From: Candidatus Limnocylindrales bacterium
GTDB taxonomy: Bacteria; Chloroflexota; Limnocylindria; Limnocylindrales; CSP1-4
Direction of reading: 5' to 3'
Assembly (NCBI GenBank): GCA_038230295.1
Contig: JBBRNM010000005.1
Span: forward strand, 779 to 64,778
DNA length: 64,000 bases
How positions within the stretch are numbered: position 1 is the stretch's first letter; each line of letters starts with the position of its first letter. The notes beneath the pieces were generated by a model that made no database searches, had not been told where the DNA came from, and was given only the letters and a program-made list of their open reading frames with translations. A program made the translations under genes and the position numbers. Positions 10,501 through 19,555 of this stretch are shown in pieces.

Positions 10501-11277
10501 GGTCGGGTCGAACCGGCGGAGCGATTCGATCTCATCGCCGAAGGATTCGATCCGGATCGGGAGATCCGCCGAGGGCGGGAAAACGTCCACGATGCCGCCG
10601 CGGCGAGCGAACTCGCCCTTGCCCGCGACCTCGACGACCGGGACGTAGCCGAGCTCGAGCAGCTGGTGGAGCAACGCGGTCTGGCTGATCCGGGCGCCGG
10701 AGCGGAGCTCGCGCGGCTGGTCAGGGAGGTCCGTCAGCGCGATCGTGTGCTGGAGCAGCGCCTGGACGCTCGCGACGAGGATCCGCGCGGGGCCGGAGCC
10801 CCAGGCCGCGAGGGCGGCCACCCGCGCCGCGGTCTCATCGGCGACGAGCTCGCTCCGCTCGTAGGCGAGCGCGGTCCGCGGCTCGAGCACCGCCACGGAG
10901 GCGGGATCGCCCATCCATGCGGCCAGCTCCTCCGCGACCCGGTCGCCGACCTCAGCGTCGCGGGCGATCCAGCAGATCCGCTCGCCCGCGACGAGCGCGA
11001 GCGCGGCGGCGAGGTAGCTCTTGGCCCCGTGCGGAACGGTGGTGAGACCGGCATGGCGGCCACTCCGTGCTACGGCGGCCGCCGACGCCGAAACCGCCGG
11101 CACCTTCGGTAGCACGAGCCGCTCGCGAAGCGTCTCGAAGGCGCCACTCGGTCCCATTAGCGGCGGCAGCCCCGACAAGTTCGGGATCCGTCGACCGGGC
11201 GTCGCGGCCGTCGCGTCATTGAGCCGCCGCTCCCAGCCGCGGCGGCCGCGCATCGGCGTCTGCGCGATCTGGGTCAA
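7549..11277 (-). CDS. mfd: transcription-repair coupling factor
   Basis: 1242-aa ORF with superfamily-2 helicase motifs VVDEEQRFGV, LTLSATPIPRTL, TTIIESGLDIPNANT and QLRGRVGRS. The TTG start overlaps the pth stop (TTGA). ATG 11253 is an alternative start. Confidence 0.93.
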   Translation of the reverse strand: MTQIAQTPMRGRRGWERRLNDATAATPGRRIPNLSGLPPLMGPSGAFETLRERLVLPKVPAVSASAAAVARSGRHAGLTTVPHGAKSYLAAALALVAGERICWIARDAEVGDRVAEELAAWMGDPASVAVLEPRTALAYERSELVADETAARVAALAAWGSGPARILVASVQALLQHTIALTDLPDQPRELRSGARISQTALLHQLLELGYVPVVEVAGKGEFARRGGIVDVFPPSADLPIRIESFGDEIESLRRFDPTDQRSVGRVDSIVLLPASEFLLPVGGGGAELRGRLGRAAARLPERLAADLERFEPSGDSAARAGAAHAEARLAAPPNATSRAVNVGDAAEIWAPLLAPSTGLDHIGPETLLVIDEPGDIAEAAEFLWRQADERRADLLAAGDLPKDWPPTLLGPRDWKARLLAARTLELTWESEAHDAIAGGGKSSGDLFGWREPALPPGRAARIADAVARWRGEDGGVEPRIVIASDQAPRLGELLEEAEITAGVTDVVTEAPPPGAVVLVDRSLNGGFAGGPDNLVFVTDRELFGNVRVRRPKAMRRVVPRDILERLAPGDLVVHIDHGIARYEQMLRRSSGAGDERDYLELSFAAGDRIFVPVEQIARVSRYSGGERPQLSRLGGTEWLRTKQRVRKAVTDLAEELLALYAARASAAGHSFASDSPWQSEMEASFPYEETVDQLRAVVEVKHDMETIRPMDRLVVGDVGYGKTEVALRAAFKAIQDGKQVAVLVPTTVLAAQHHATFGSRFAAFPVKVALLSRFVAKSEQDRTIAGLTDGSVDLVIGTHRLLSRDVRFRDLGLVVVDEEQRFGVAAKERLKQLKREVDVLTLSATPIPRTLNLALAGVRDMSVIETPPEDRLPIQTRVAEASAGLVRDAILRELDRGGQVFYVHNRVETIEAQAEQLRKLLPDARLVVGHGQMPEGVLERVMLTFAEGQADVLVCTTIIESGLDIPNANTIIIDRADTLGLAQLYQLRGRVGRSSRRAYAYLLYRRRERMSEEARKRLQAIFNASELGAGFQIALSDLEIRGAGNILGGEQSGFMAAVGFDLYSRLLAEAVEERKAEHDHRAPVLPTPQAVVDLPIEAHLPNDYVAEEAQKLELYRRLARARSAGDLAAFRQEVIDRFGPMPPPVHRLVEVAELRLAAEAAGVSSISREEGQLVVRFGFGLSRTTAMRLITPAALPGVRHSEVTFASNQVRIRLPKDPLKGWQLTQAVVARLSVETAAPAG

Positions 11278-12017
11278 CCCGCGTCCTCCGCAGGCCGGAC
11301 CTTCCGCCAGCCGGTCTTCGTGCGCCGAATCCCGGTCGGGTCGGGCGGGCCGTCGACCGCACCCGGCTCCGCCCGCCGATCCGCATCGGCCGGTCGGAGC
11401 TCGAACGGGTTGTGGCGATTCGCCGCTCGACTCGTGCCCTCACGGGCCCACGCTTCGACGGCATCGGCGGCCGCGTCCAGGAGCTCGTCGAGGCGCTGGC
11501 GCTCCTCGGGCTTGAAGGTCGAGAGCACGTGGTCGATGAACCCCCGACCGGGTTCGCCGATCCCGATGCGAAGCCGGCTGAACCCTTCGTTCCCCAGCTC
11601 GTCGATGATCGATCGGAGGCCGTTGTGCCCGCCCGGGCCGCCGCCCTCGCGAAACCTGAGCTTGCCGAACGGGAGGGCAAAGTCGTCGCAGACGACGAGG
11701 AGCTCCGAGAGCGGCGCTCGCTCGCGGGCAATGATCTTCCGGACGGCGATCCCGGAATCGTTCATGAACGTCTGGGGCTTCGCGAGCACGAGATCGAGCC
11801 CATGGAAACGGCCGCCAACGATCGCGGCAGCATCCCGCTGGCGGCCGCGGCCCGACCAACCGGCCCGCTCGGCCAGCCGGTCGAGGACCATCCAGCCGAT
11901 GTTGTGGCGGGTCGTTGCGTACTGCTCGCCCGGGTTCCCCAGGCCGACGACGATCTTGGAGATGAGCTGGACCTCCGGCCCCCTGGGCAGCAAAACAAGC
12001 CCCGGGACCCGGTCCAT
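11274..12017 (-). CDS. pth: peptidyl-tRNA hydrolase (with about 50-aa C-terminal extension)
   Basis: KIVVGLGNPGEQYATTRHNIGWMVLD and GGHNGLRSI motifs. The true start may lie nearer the GLGNPG motif. Confidence 0.88.
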   Translation of the reverse strand: MDRVPGLVLLPRGPEVQLISKIVVGLGNPGEQYATTRHNIGWMVLDRLAERAGWSGRGRQRDAAAIVGGRFHGLDLVLAKPQTFMNDSGIAVRKIIARERAPLSELLVVCDDFALPFGKLRFREGGGPGGHNGLRSIIDELGNEGFSRLRIGIGEPGRGFIDHVLSTFKPEERQRLDELLDAAADAVEAWAREGTSRAANRHNPFELRPADADRRAEPGAVDGPPDPTGIRRTKTGWRKVRPAEDAG

Positions 12018-12082
12018 CGGAGCGTGTCCGGAATCCTACTCCGCCGGAGGCGCCACGCCGTTCATGGCCGCCCGATCTCGGG

Positions 12083-12682
12083 CTAGCGGCGTCGCTCCTC
12101 CGCGAGCAGGCGCTGTTCGAGGACGCGCATCGCGGCCTCTTCTTCGGGCTCGGCGTGATCCCAGCCGCAGATGTGCAGCGTTCCATGAGTTGCGAGGAGA
12201 CGGAGCTCGTCCGCGGGCGACCAGCGGACATTGCCCGTCTGGCCGCCGCGGCCGGAATCGGCCTGGTCGATGGCTCGCTCGACCGAGATCGCGATGTCAC
12301 CAAGGTGGGTTCGCGATCCCGTCATTGGCGTGGGACTGGGCGGAACCTCGTCGGCCAGCCTCGCCGAGTCCTGACCCGCATGCGGCGGGAACGATCTCGC
12401 GACCAGCATCGGGAAGGAGAGGACGTCGGTCGGCCCGTCCTTGCCAAGATGCGTCCGGTTCAGGTCGGCCAGCTCGTCGTCGTCGGTCAGCACCACGGTG
12501 AGCGAGACGGGTACGGGTGCCCCCGCCGCCTCGAGGGCGCGGGCGATCGTTCGAGCCAGCCGGGCGTCGGTGAGAATCGGCCTTGTGCCCGCCCGACGGA
12601 CGATGTCGATCCGGCAGGCGCCGAGATAGACGGGCCGACCTCGGTCGGCCTGGAGCGGACTCCCGCTCGCCACGCCGCTCAC
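12083..12682 (-). CDS. ybeY: rRNA maturation endoribonuclease YbeY
   Basis: C-terminal part of the 12083..12988 ORF, with the zinc motif HGTLHICGWDH. Start set to GTG 12682, 31 nt after the upstream gene's stop. GTG 12673 is an alternative. Confidence 0.8.
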   Translation of the reverse strand: MSGVASGSPLQADRGRPVYLGACRIDIVRRAGTRPILTDARLARTIARALEAAGAPVPVSLTVVLTDDDELADLNRTHLGKDGPTDVLSFPMLVARSFPPHAGQDSARLADEVPPSPTPMTGSRTHLGDIAISVERAIDQADSGRGGQTGNVRWSPADELRLLATHGTLHICGWDHAEPEEEAAMRVLEQRLLAEERRR

Positions 12683-12713
12683 CGTCCGATCGCTGCCGGG
12701 CTCCGCGGCGGCG

Positions 12714-14879
12714 TCATTCGGCGCGGCCACCCGACCCGCCCCCTCCCGACGCGGCGCGGCGCGCCTCGAGCTCGACCACCTTGTTCTGCGGGTACGCCAC
12801 GCGCTGGTGGTACATCCCGAGTAGTTGCGAAACGAACGCCTCCTGGACCCGGCTGATGTCGCGGAGCGTGAGGTCGCACTCGTCGAACTGGCCGTCCTCC
12901 ATCCGCTCGGCGACGATCCTGGCGACCATCGAGCGGATCGACGGCTCGTCGCGCGAGGAGAGCGAGCGGACCGAAGCCTCGACGCCATCGGCGAGCATGA
13001 TCAGGGCCGCCTCGCGGGTCTGCGGTTTCGGGCCGGCGTGGCGGAAGCGGCGCGGATCGACCGCGTCGGCAGCGCGGAGGCCCTCGTCCGTGCCGAGCCC
13101 GCCGTACGGTTGAGCCGCCTCTTCGCGGGCCTTGGCAGAGAAGTAGCTCATGATCGCGGTCCCATGGTGCTGGGGGATGAAGGCGATCACGGACTTCGGC
13201 AGCTTCGCCCGATAGGCGACGTCGATCCCGTCGGCGACGTGCTGCTTCAGGATCTGGGCCGACTCCTCCGGCTCGAGCGTGTCGTGGACGTTCTCGCCCC
13301 CGGACTGGTTCTCGATGAACGCCGCCGGGTTCGCGAGCTTGCCGACGTCGTGGTAGTACGCGGCGACGCGGGTGATCAGCGGATCCGCGCCGATCGTTTC
13401 GGCCGCCCGCTCCGCCAGATTCCCGACCATCAGCGAGTGGTGGTACGTGCCCGGCGTCTCGACCAGCAATCGCCGCAGGAGCGGCTGGGACGGATTCGCG
13501 AGCTCGAGGAGCTGGAAGACCGTCAGCAACCCGAAGAGGTTGCCGAGCACCGCGAAGCTGCCGACGGCGACGACCGCCGCGCCGCCCGCGGACACTGCAG
13601 CGGCCCCGATGAGCTGGACGACGCCCGCCAGATCCCGCGAGCCAAGGAGCGAGAACGCGGTCACGACCAGGGCCTGGGCAACGAACACCGACGCGCCGGC
13701 CTGGATAAAGGCCTGGAGCCGATCGCCGCGCCGAATCGCGAGGATGCCGGCAAGGCCGCCGAGGAGGACGTAGGTCCCGAGCTCGAGCGTCGGCCCGTTG
13801 ACGGCTCCAGCCACGATCGCGATGACTGCCGTGACGATGATCGCGGCCTCGGCATCGAGCAGGACGGTCACGAGCATGGCGACGGCGGCGATCGGCAGGA
13901 TGAACGGCAGGGCGGCCCGGCCCGCCGTGATCTTGAGGGCCAACGTGGCGATCACGATCAGCAGCCCGAGCAGCAGCAGCACGTTGTTGCGATGCCAGAA
14001 GGCTCGCCGGAAGCGCCAGATCCAGCCGAGAACCAGGACCACCAGCAGGGCCGACAGCACGAACCAGCCAGCGAGCCCGGTGTAATCCGGGTGCGAGACA
14101 TCGAGCCCGAGCGCCTGGATCCTCTCGAGGTCGACGTCGGCGATCTTGGTTCCGGCGCGGACCATGACCTCGCCCTGGACGATCTGATCGATCACCGGGG
14201 CGACCGCCGCCGCGTCCTGGTCCTGCTTCACCTGGGTGAGCGATTGGCTGAAGGAGCTGTTCGGGACCAGCAACGGGGCGATGATCTCGGCCGCGAGCAT
14301 CCGCTCGCCGTCGGACAGTCCACCGGCCATCTGCTCGGACAGGCGCAGCCGCTTGACGGCGACCTCGGTGTCCCGGAGCTCGGTGCGCTCGGTGAGGTCG
14401 AGGACGCGGGCCGCCTCGGTGCGGACCGCCGTCCAGCGGTCGGGCTTGAGCGTCTGGAGCAACGCCTGCGTGGCCGTGGACAGCTTCGGCAGGTAGGCGT
14501 CGATCAGGGCCTTGCGGGCCGCCGCCGTGGTCTTCGTGGCGAAGGCCGAGTCGAGCGGAGCAACGTCCTTCGCAAAGAGGTCGATCTGCGCAGCGGACAC
14601 CGTGATGGCGCGCTCCGACGTGTAGTCGTATTGCGGCGGGACGGCGATCCGAGCCGCGTCGCGCGCCGCGGTCGTGAGGACGTTGTTGGTGAACGTGGCC
14701 GCCTTCGGCGCCTTGATATCCGTCGGGGCGAGGTCGCCGACCCTGAGATCGAGGCGCGGCGAGAAATCGACGCCCAGGATCGCGGTCATCAGGAGGATGA
14801 GGGCCGCGCCGGCGCCGGCCAGCCGGAGCACCTCGCGACGGGACGGCTGGACCGCCTCCTCCGCTGGACGACCGAGCAT
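12714..14879 (-). CDS. pgpH: 7TM-receptor HD-domain phosphohydrolase (PgpH/YqfF family)
   Basis: 721 aa. It has an extracytoplasmic N-terminal region, a seven-helix hydrophobic block, then an HD domain (YHHSLMVGNLAERAAE, AAYYHDVGK). It sits in the classic rpsU-yqeY-pgpH-ybeY order. Confidence 0.85.
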   Translation of the reverse strand: MLGRPAEEAVQPSRREVLRLAGAGAALILLMTAILGVDFSPRLDLRVGDLAPTDIKAPKAATFTNNVLTTAARDAARIAVPPQYDYTSERAITVSAAQIDLFAKDVAPLDSAFATKTTAAARKALIDAYLPKLSTATQALLQTLKPDRWTAVRTEAARVLDLTERTELRDTEVAVKRLRLSEQMAGGLSDGERMLAAEIIAPLLVPNSSFSQSLTQVKQDQDAAAVAPVIDQIVQGEVMVRAGTKIADVDLERIQALGLDVSHPDYTGLAGWFVLSALLVVLVLGWIWRFRRAFWHRNNVLLLLGLLIVIATLALKITAGRAALPFILPIAAVAMLVTVLLDAEAAIIVTAVIAIVAGAVNGPTLELGTYVLLGGLAGILAIRRGDRLQAFIQAGASVFVAQALVVTAFSLLGSRDLAGVVQLIGAAAVSAGGAAVVAVGSFAVLGNLFGLLTVFQLLELANPSQPLLRRLLVETPGTYHHSLMVGNLAERAAETIGADPLITRVAAYYHDVGKLANPAAFIENQSGGENVHDTLEPEESAQILKQHVADGIDVAYRAKLPKSVIAFIPQHHGTAIMSYFSAKAREEAAQPYGGLGTDEGLRAADAVDPRRFRHAGPKPQTREAALIMLADGVEASVRSLSSRDEPSIRSMVARIVAERMEDGQFDECDLTLRDISRVQEAFVSQLLGMYHQRVAYPQNKVVELEARRAASGGGGSGGRAE

Positions 14880-14881
14880 GG

Positions 14882-15379
14882 CTAGGAGCCCGCCTCCGCG
14901 AGTCGTGCGCGGACGAGGGCGCTCACCCGCCGCCCATCGGCGCGAGCGCGAGTCTGGGGCGCGAGCCAGCCCATGACCTTGCCGAGGTCGCGCGCCGACG
15001 AGGCACCGGTCGCGGCAACCGCCTCGTCGATGAGCGCTCGAAGGTCGGCCTCGGAGAGCTGCTCGGGCAGGAACTCGGCCAGGATCGCGATCTCGGACTC
15101 TTCCTTCGCCGCGAGGTCCTCGCGACTGCCCTTTCGGAATGCCTCGACCGATTCGCGCCGGGTCTTCACCTCGCGCCCGAGCACGCCTGTGACGGCCTCG
15201 TCGTCGTACGTCCGCCGGTCGCGCTTCTCGCCGTTGTAGATCGCGCTCTCGGCCATCCGGAGCGTGTCGCGGCGCAGCGCATCACCCGACCGCATGGCGG
15301 CCGTGATCTCGGTATGGAGTCGATCGCGGAGGGTCACCGGAGCAACCACCGGAGTTGGCACCTCGGGCGTGATCGCCAC
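14882..15379 (-). CDS. yqeY: GatB/YqeY domain-containing protein
   Basis: 165 aa, positioned immediately downstream of rpsU. The sequence is Glu/Arg-rich and helical, typical of YqeY. Confidence 0.8.
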   Translation of the reverse strand: MAITPEVPTPVVAPVTLRDRLHTEITAAMRSGDALRRDTLRMAESAIYNGEKRDRRTYDDEAVTGVLGREVKTRRESVEAFRKGSREDLAAKEESEIAILAEFLPEQLSEADLRALIDEAVAATGASSARDLGKVMGWLAPQTRARADGRRVSALVRARLAEAGS

Positions 15380-15451
15380 GGGGCTTGTCGACGAAGGTGG
15401 GAGTCGCGGGTCGCGTTCAGCGGCGCACGACGGTCCCGGCCGTCCCGCCGA

Positions 15452-15637
15452 TCAGCCCTGCGGCGTCCGTGCGTTCTTCTTGCGCTTCGCTTCCTTGCGC
15501 TTCCGCTTCACGCTCGGCTTCTCGTAGTGCTCGCGACGGCGAGCCTCGGCGAGGATGCCGGACTGCTGGATCTTCTTGTTGAAGCGGCGGAGGGCGCTTT
15601 CGAACGTCTCGTTCTCACCCACTCGGACTTCTGCCAA
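15452..15637 (-). CDS. rpsU: 30S ribosomal protein S21
   Basis: 61 aa, [45 protein letters not shown] start with GGAGGTGA 8 nt upstream. Confidence 0.92.
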   Translation of the reverse strand: MAEVRVGENETFESALRRFNKKIQQSGILAEARRREHYEKPSVKRKRKEAKRKKNARTPQG

Positions 15638-15888
15638 TTACCGGTTCACCTCCCCGGGCCCGGATCTTCGGTGTTCCACTCGCGACCGTGGCCCATGGTC
15701 GCGGGCGAGCTCCCGAGCGTGCCGCCCGCGGAGCCGCCGGAGTGTAGCCCCAGTCCCGCGACCTGTCACGCGACCTGTTAGGCGCGCGAGCGGTAGTTCC
15801 GATCGAGCTCGCTCGCCCACCGGCGCCCGAGCCCCCACCCATTCGCCCGGAGCCGCGCCGGCGCTCCCCACGCTCCCAGCGGCGCCGC

Positions 15889-16770
15889 TCACGACGCGCC
15901 ATTCCCAGATTCTTGCCACGGTCGCGCCTGCTCGGCCAGGACGACCGACGGCGGCGCCCCAAACGTCCGCGAATGCGCCGCGGCCACGAAACGACCGCTG
16001 AACTGCCCCAAATTCTCGGGAACGGCGCATCTGGCACTGCCTTGCCCGGTGCGCAGGGCCGATCCGCACCAGGGACGTCCGGATCTCAGCCGACCGGTCG
16101 TGTGACGAGAATCTGGGAGAAACAGCACGTTCGAGATCGGCCCGACGCCTGGCTCCCGGAGCCATTGCCGGACCGCGCGCCCACGTTGCGGGAATGCCGC
16201 GCCGAAGATCGCGCCAAGATCGGCGACCCTGCGGCGCGATGTCGAACCGTCGAGGACGACCAGCAGCCGTGAGGCCGAGGCTGCCTTCCATCCACGGTCA
16301 GCCGCGATCCGCGGGCCCAGTCGCGACTTTCGATCCAGCGCAGAGATCATCGCCTGAGCGTCGGGGATCACGGACTTGATCTCGGCGACCAGCAAGGTCC
16401 CCGTCGCCGCATGCCAGGCCAGGACGTCGATCGCGCCTCGCTCGCCATAGATGCTGAATGAGACCTCGATGGCCGTTTCCCAACCGAAGCCTCGAATGAG
16501 CTCGACGAACGCGTTGACCACTCCAGCGTGAGTCTCGTCGAGGAGTCGGTCGAGCCCTTCCCCTCGCCATCGAATGCGAACGTCAAGCTCCGCGTCAAAG
16601 GCCTCGGCGAGGCTAGCGAGACGAACGAGGGCAACGCCGGCGAGGTCGCCGCGCTCGATCTTCGAGACGAGCGATCGCGAGATGCCAACGACTGCAGCGG
16701 CATCGGCCCGCCTGAGGGCTCGTCGCAGGCGAAGCGCTCGAAGGCTGCGGCCGATTCGTCGACGATCCAC
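15889..16770 (-). CDS. XRE-family HTH protein fused to a PD-(D/E)xK-like domain
   Basis: N-terminal HTH (AAAVVGISRSLVSKIERGD), then GAIDVLAW ... LLVAEIKS, a D ... E-x-K pattern. The last 70 or so codons are Arg/Gly-rich and may be read-through rather than real protein. Confidence 0.65.
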   Translation of the reverse strand: MDRRRIGRSLRALRLRRALRRADAAAVVGISRSLVSKIERGDLAGVALVRLASLAEAFDAELDVRIRWRGEGLDRLLDETHAGVVNAFVELIRGFGWETAIEVSFSIYGERGAIDVLAWHAATGTLLVAEIKSVIPDAQAMISALDRKSRLGPRIAADRGWKAASASRLLVVLDGSTSRRRVADLGAIFGAAFPQRGRAVRQWLREPGVGPISNVLFLPDSRHTTGRLRSGRPWCGSALRTGQGSARCAVPENLGQFSGRFVAAAHSRTFGAPPSVVLAEQARPWQESGNGAS

Positions 16771-16836
16771 CGCTCAAAACTCTGGTCGGTCGCGGTCACC
16801 CGCGGCTCATCGGCGATGAGCATCACGCCTCCGCGC

Positions 16837-16872
16837 CTGCCCGCCCGGCAGGGACATCCTCCGGGCGGGCAG
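16837..16872. promoter_or_regulatory. perfect 12-bp inverted repeat (CTGCCCGCCCGG-N12-CCGGGCGGGCAG)
   Basis: Read directly. It lies in the divergent intergenic region between the XRE-type regulator and the acyl-CoA ligase, 24 nt upstream of the ligase GTG. Confidence 0.45.
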
Positions 16873-16895
16873 CACGCCGTCGTACGATCGGCGGC

Positions 16896-18575
16896 GTGCT
16901 GACACTCCTCGACCTCATCGATGACGCCGTCCTTCGCTTCGGCGCACGGCCGGCGGTCGGGATCCGCCACGAGAACGGCCACACCGAGAAGTGGACCTAC
17001 CGCGAGTTCGAGCGGAGGTCACGCATCGCGGCGTGGCGCCTCCGCGGCCTTGGCCTGGAACCCGGCGACCGCGTCCTCACCTGGTCACCCTCGAGCCCGG
17101 AGCTGGCGGCGGTGTACATCGGCGCGCTGCGCGCCCGACTCGTCCTCGTCCCGTTCGATCTCCGGATGTCGCCCGAGGCCATCGAAGGGATCGTGACGAC
17201 CTCGGGAGCGAGCCGACTGCTGCTCGGCACCGGCCGCGATGCGCCGGATCCGGCCACGGCTGGGCTGGAGCGGTTCCCGACGACGACGATCGACGAGCTG
17301 GCGGCCGAGCCCGATGCGTCGTTTCCGCCCGACTGGGAGGCCGAGATCGAGGCCTGGCCGCGGCCGGCGCCCGACGACCTGTTCGAACTGATCTTCACCT
17401 CGGGGACAACCGGCACCCCGAAAGGCGTGATGCTCGCCCACGACAACGTCCTTGCCTCGATCGAGTCGTTCCATCGAATCATCCCGCCGCTCGAGCACCG
17501 GATCGTGTCGCTGCTGCCGCTGTCGCACCTGCTCGAGCAGGCCGTCGGACTGTTCTACGCGCTCTCGGTCGGGGCGGACATCCTCTACGTGCGGAGCCGC
17601 AACCCGCGGGTCATCTTCGACGCCCTTCGCGAGCATCGGGTCACCTCGATGATCGTCGTGCCCCAGGTGCTGGACCTGTTCTGGAGCGCGATCGCGCGCG
17701 AGGTCGAGAAGTCCGGTCGGACGACGGTCTTCGATCGACTTCGGCGTGTCGCCCGGCATCTTCCCCTGGCGACCCGCCGCCTCATGTTTCGGAGCGTCCA
17801 TCGCCAGCTCGGCGGCGGCTTTCGGCTCTTCGTGTCCGCGGGAGCCTTCCTCCCGCCGGCTCTCCAGCAAGCGTGGGAGGACATGGGAGTCATCGTCCTC
17901 CAGGGCTACGGCGCCACCGAGACCGGCACGGGCTCCTGCACGACCCTCGAGGACCACGGGCTCGGGACGGTCGGGCGGCCACCCGCCGGCATCGAGATGC
18001 GCATCATCGAGGGCGGCGAGATCCAGTTCCGTGGGGCCACGCTCTTCAAGGGCTACTGGAACGCGCCCGAGAAGACGGCCGAGGCGTTCACCGCTGATGG
18101 CTGGTATCGGACGGGCGACATCGGCCATCTCGACCCGGCGGGCCGGCTGATCCTGTCGGGCAGGATCAAGGACATCATCGTGTTGCCGAACGGCTTCAAC
18201 GTGTACCCGGAGGACATCGAGAACGCCCTCCGGATCGCCGGGATGCGGGACTCGGTCATCCTCGAGACTCGACCCGGGCGAATCGAGGCGATCCTCCTGG
18301 CACCCGGGAGCGGAGCGATTTCGGCGACCGGCGCAGCTCCCGCGGCCGGCGCGGCACCCAGCGTCGATCCCGCGTCGCCGCCGGCGGAGTTGACAGCAGC
18401 CATCGAGGCCGCGGTGCGGGCGGCGAACGCCACGCTCGGCCCGAATCAGCGCATCGCCGGCTGGCGCCTATGGCCGGAGGCCGACTTCCCCCGGACGCAC
18501 ACGCTCAAGGTGAAGCGGGATCGCGTGCGGGCATGGGCCGCAGTCGAGGCGCCGTTGCCGACGACGGTCGGCTGA
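16896..18575 (+). CDS. AMP-dependent synthetase/ligase (acyl-CoA ligase family)
   Basis: 559 aa with the AMP-binding motif IFTSGTTGTPKGVML and GWYRTGDIG. GTG start. Confidence 0.88.
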   Translation: MLTLLDLIDDAVLRFGARPAVGIRHENGHTEKWTYREFERRSRIAAWRLRGLGLEPGDRVLTWSPSSPELAAVYIGALRARLVLVPFDLRMSPEAIEGIVTTSGASRLLLGTGRDAPDPATAGLERFPTTTIDELAAEPDASFPPDWEAEIEAWPRPAPDDLFELIFTSGTTGTPKGVMLAHDNVLASIESFHRIIPPLEHRIVSLLPLSHLLEQAVGLFYALSVGADILYVRSRNPRVIFDALREHRVTSMIVVPQVLDLFWSAIAREVEKSGRTTVFDRLRRVARHLPLATRRLMFRSVHRQLGGGFRLFVSAGAFLPPALQQAWEDMGVIVLQGYGATETGTGSCTTLEDHGLGTVGRPPAGIEMRIIEGGEIQFRGATLFKGYWNAPEKTAEAFTADGWYRTGDIGHLDPAGRLILSGRIKDIIVLPNGFNVYPEDIENALRIAGMRDSVILETRPGRIEAILLAPGSGAISATGAAPAAGAAPSVDPASPPAELTAAIEAAVRAANATLGPNQRIAGWRLWPEADFPRTHTLKVKRDRVRAWAAVEAPLPTTVG

Positions 18576-18609
18576 GCGGGCGGCGCCGGCCGAGCTGATT
18601 CGGGGAGGC

Positions 18610-19158
18610 TCAGCCTGGGATCGGGACCGCCGTCCCCACCTGCGCAAGGGCAAGGTCGATCGATGGCGTGCTCTGGTCGGGCGAGTTGCCCGGCGACCAC
18701 CAGAAGAACACGGCCGTGCTGCCAAGGACGCGCAGCGTGAAGCGGGCGTCGACGCCGAACTGCACACGCCCCGGGCCGCTCGCGATGTACGCCGCCTGGT
18801 CGTTCGCGGCCGTCAGCGCAGCCTGCGGCGAGGCGAACGCGTACAGCGTGATGAAGCCGTGGCTGGGGTCGGCCGGCAGGATCACCTGGATCACGCCCCG
18901 TGGCGCAGCCGCGAACAGTCCGCCCTCGGCGGGCCGATAGGCGACTGGCGCATCGACGACCTGGAGGCCCTCGACCGAGAGGGCGTTCGTGACCGCGGTC
19001 CGTGCCGCGGCGGTCGCGACACCGACCGGCGGCGGGGTCACGCCGGCCGGCGGATACGCCGGCGGCAAGGTCGCGCTCGCCGAGCAACCGGCAAGGATCG
19101 CGATCACGGCAACCGCGAACGCGGCGGCGGCGAACGACCGGAGGCGGCGGACGGGCAT
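18610..19158 (-). CDS. lipoprotein, unknown function
   Basis: Trimmed from the 18610..19497 ORF to ATG 19158: MPVRRLRSFAAAAFAVAVIAILAGCSAS, a signal peptide plus lipobox. Confidence 0.7.
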   Translation of the reverse strand: MPVRRLRSFAAAAFAVAVIAILAGCSASATLPPAYPPAGVTPPPVGVATAAARTAVTNALSVEGLQVVDAPVAYRPAEGGLFAAAPRGVIQVILPADPSHGFITLYAFASPQAALTAANDQAAYIASGPGRVQFGVDARFTLRVLGSTAVFFWWSPGNSPDQSTPSIDLALAQVGTAVPIPG

Positions 19159-19160
19159 CG

Positions 19161-19526
19161 TCACCCTGGCGGCCAGCCGAATGACCGGCCACCCATGAGA
19201 TGGAAGTGGAGATGGTCGACCGTCTGGCCGCCCCATGTCCCCACGTTGGTGACCACCCGGTAGCCCTGCTCCGCGATTCCCTCGGATCTCGCGAGGCCCG
19301 CGGCGACCGCGAACGTATGACCGAGCAGCGGACCGTCGTCCTCGGTCAGATCGGCGGCCGACGGGATGTGCTCCCGCGGCAGGATGAGGATGTGGGTCGG
19401 GGCTCGCGGAGCGATGTCGCGGATCGCGATGACCCGGTCGTCCTCCAGGACCTTCGTCGATGGGAGCTCGCCGGCGACGATTCGGCAGAAGAGGCATTCC
19501 TGGTCGCGCGGCGCCCTTTCGCTCAT
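19161..19526 (-). CDS. HIT family (histidine triad) protein
   Basis: 121 aa with the HLHFHLMGG triad motif. Confidence 0.9.
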   Translation of the reverse strand: MSERAPRDQECLFCRIVAGELPSTKVLEDDRVIAIRDIAPRAPTHILILPREHIPSAADLTEDDGPLLGHTFAVAAGLARSEGIAEQGYRVVTNVGTWGGQTVDHLHFHLMGGRSFGWPPG

Positions 19527-19555
19527 CGCTCGCTCATTGTGCGCTCACCGCTCGC

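Noticed and set aside
15758-15778. A tandem GCGACCTGT-N3-GCGACCTGT direct repeat about 130 nt upstream of rpsU, as a possible operator.
   Set aside because: It is short, occurs once, and has no known cognate regulator or supporting context. It is noted but not interpretable from sequence alone.
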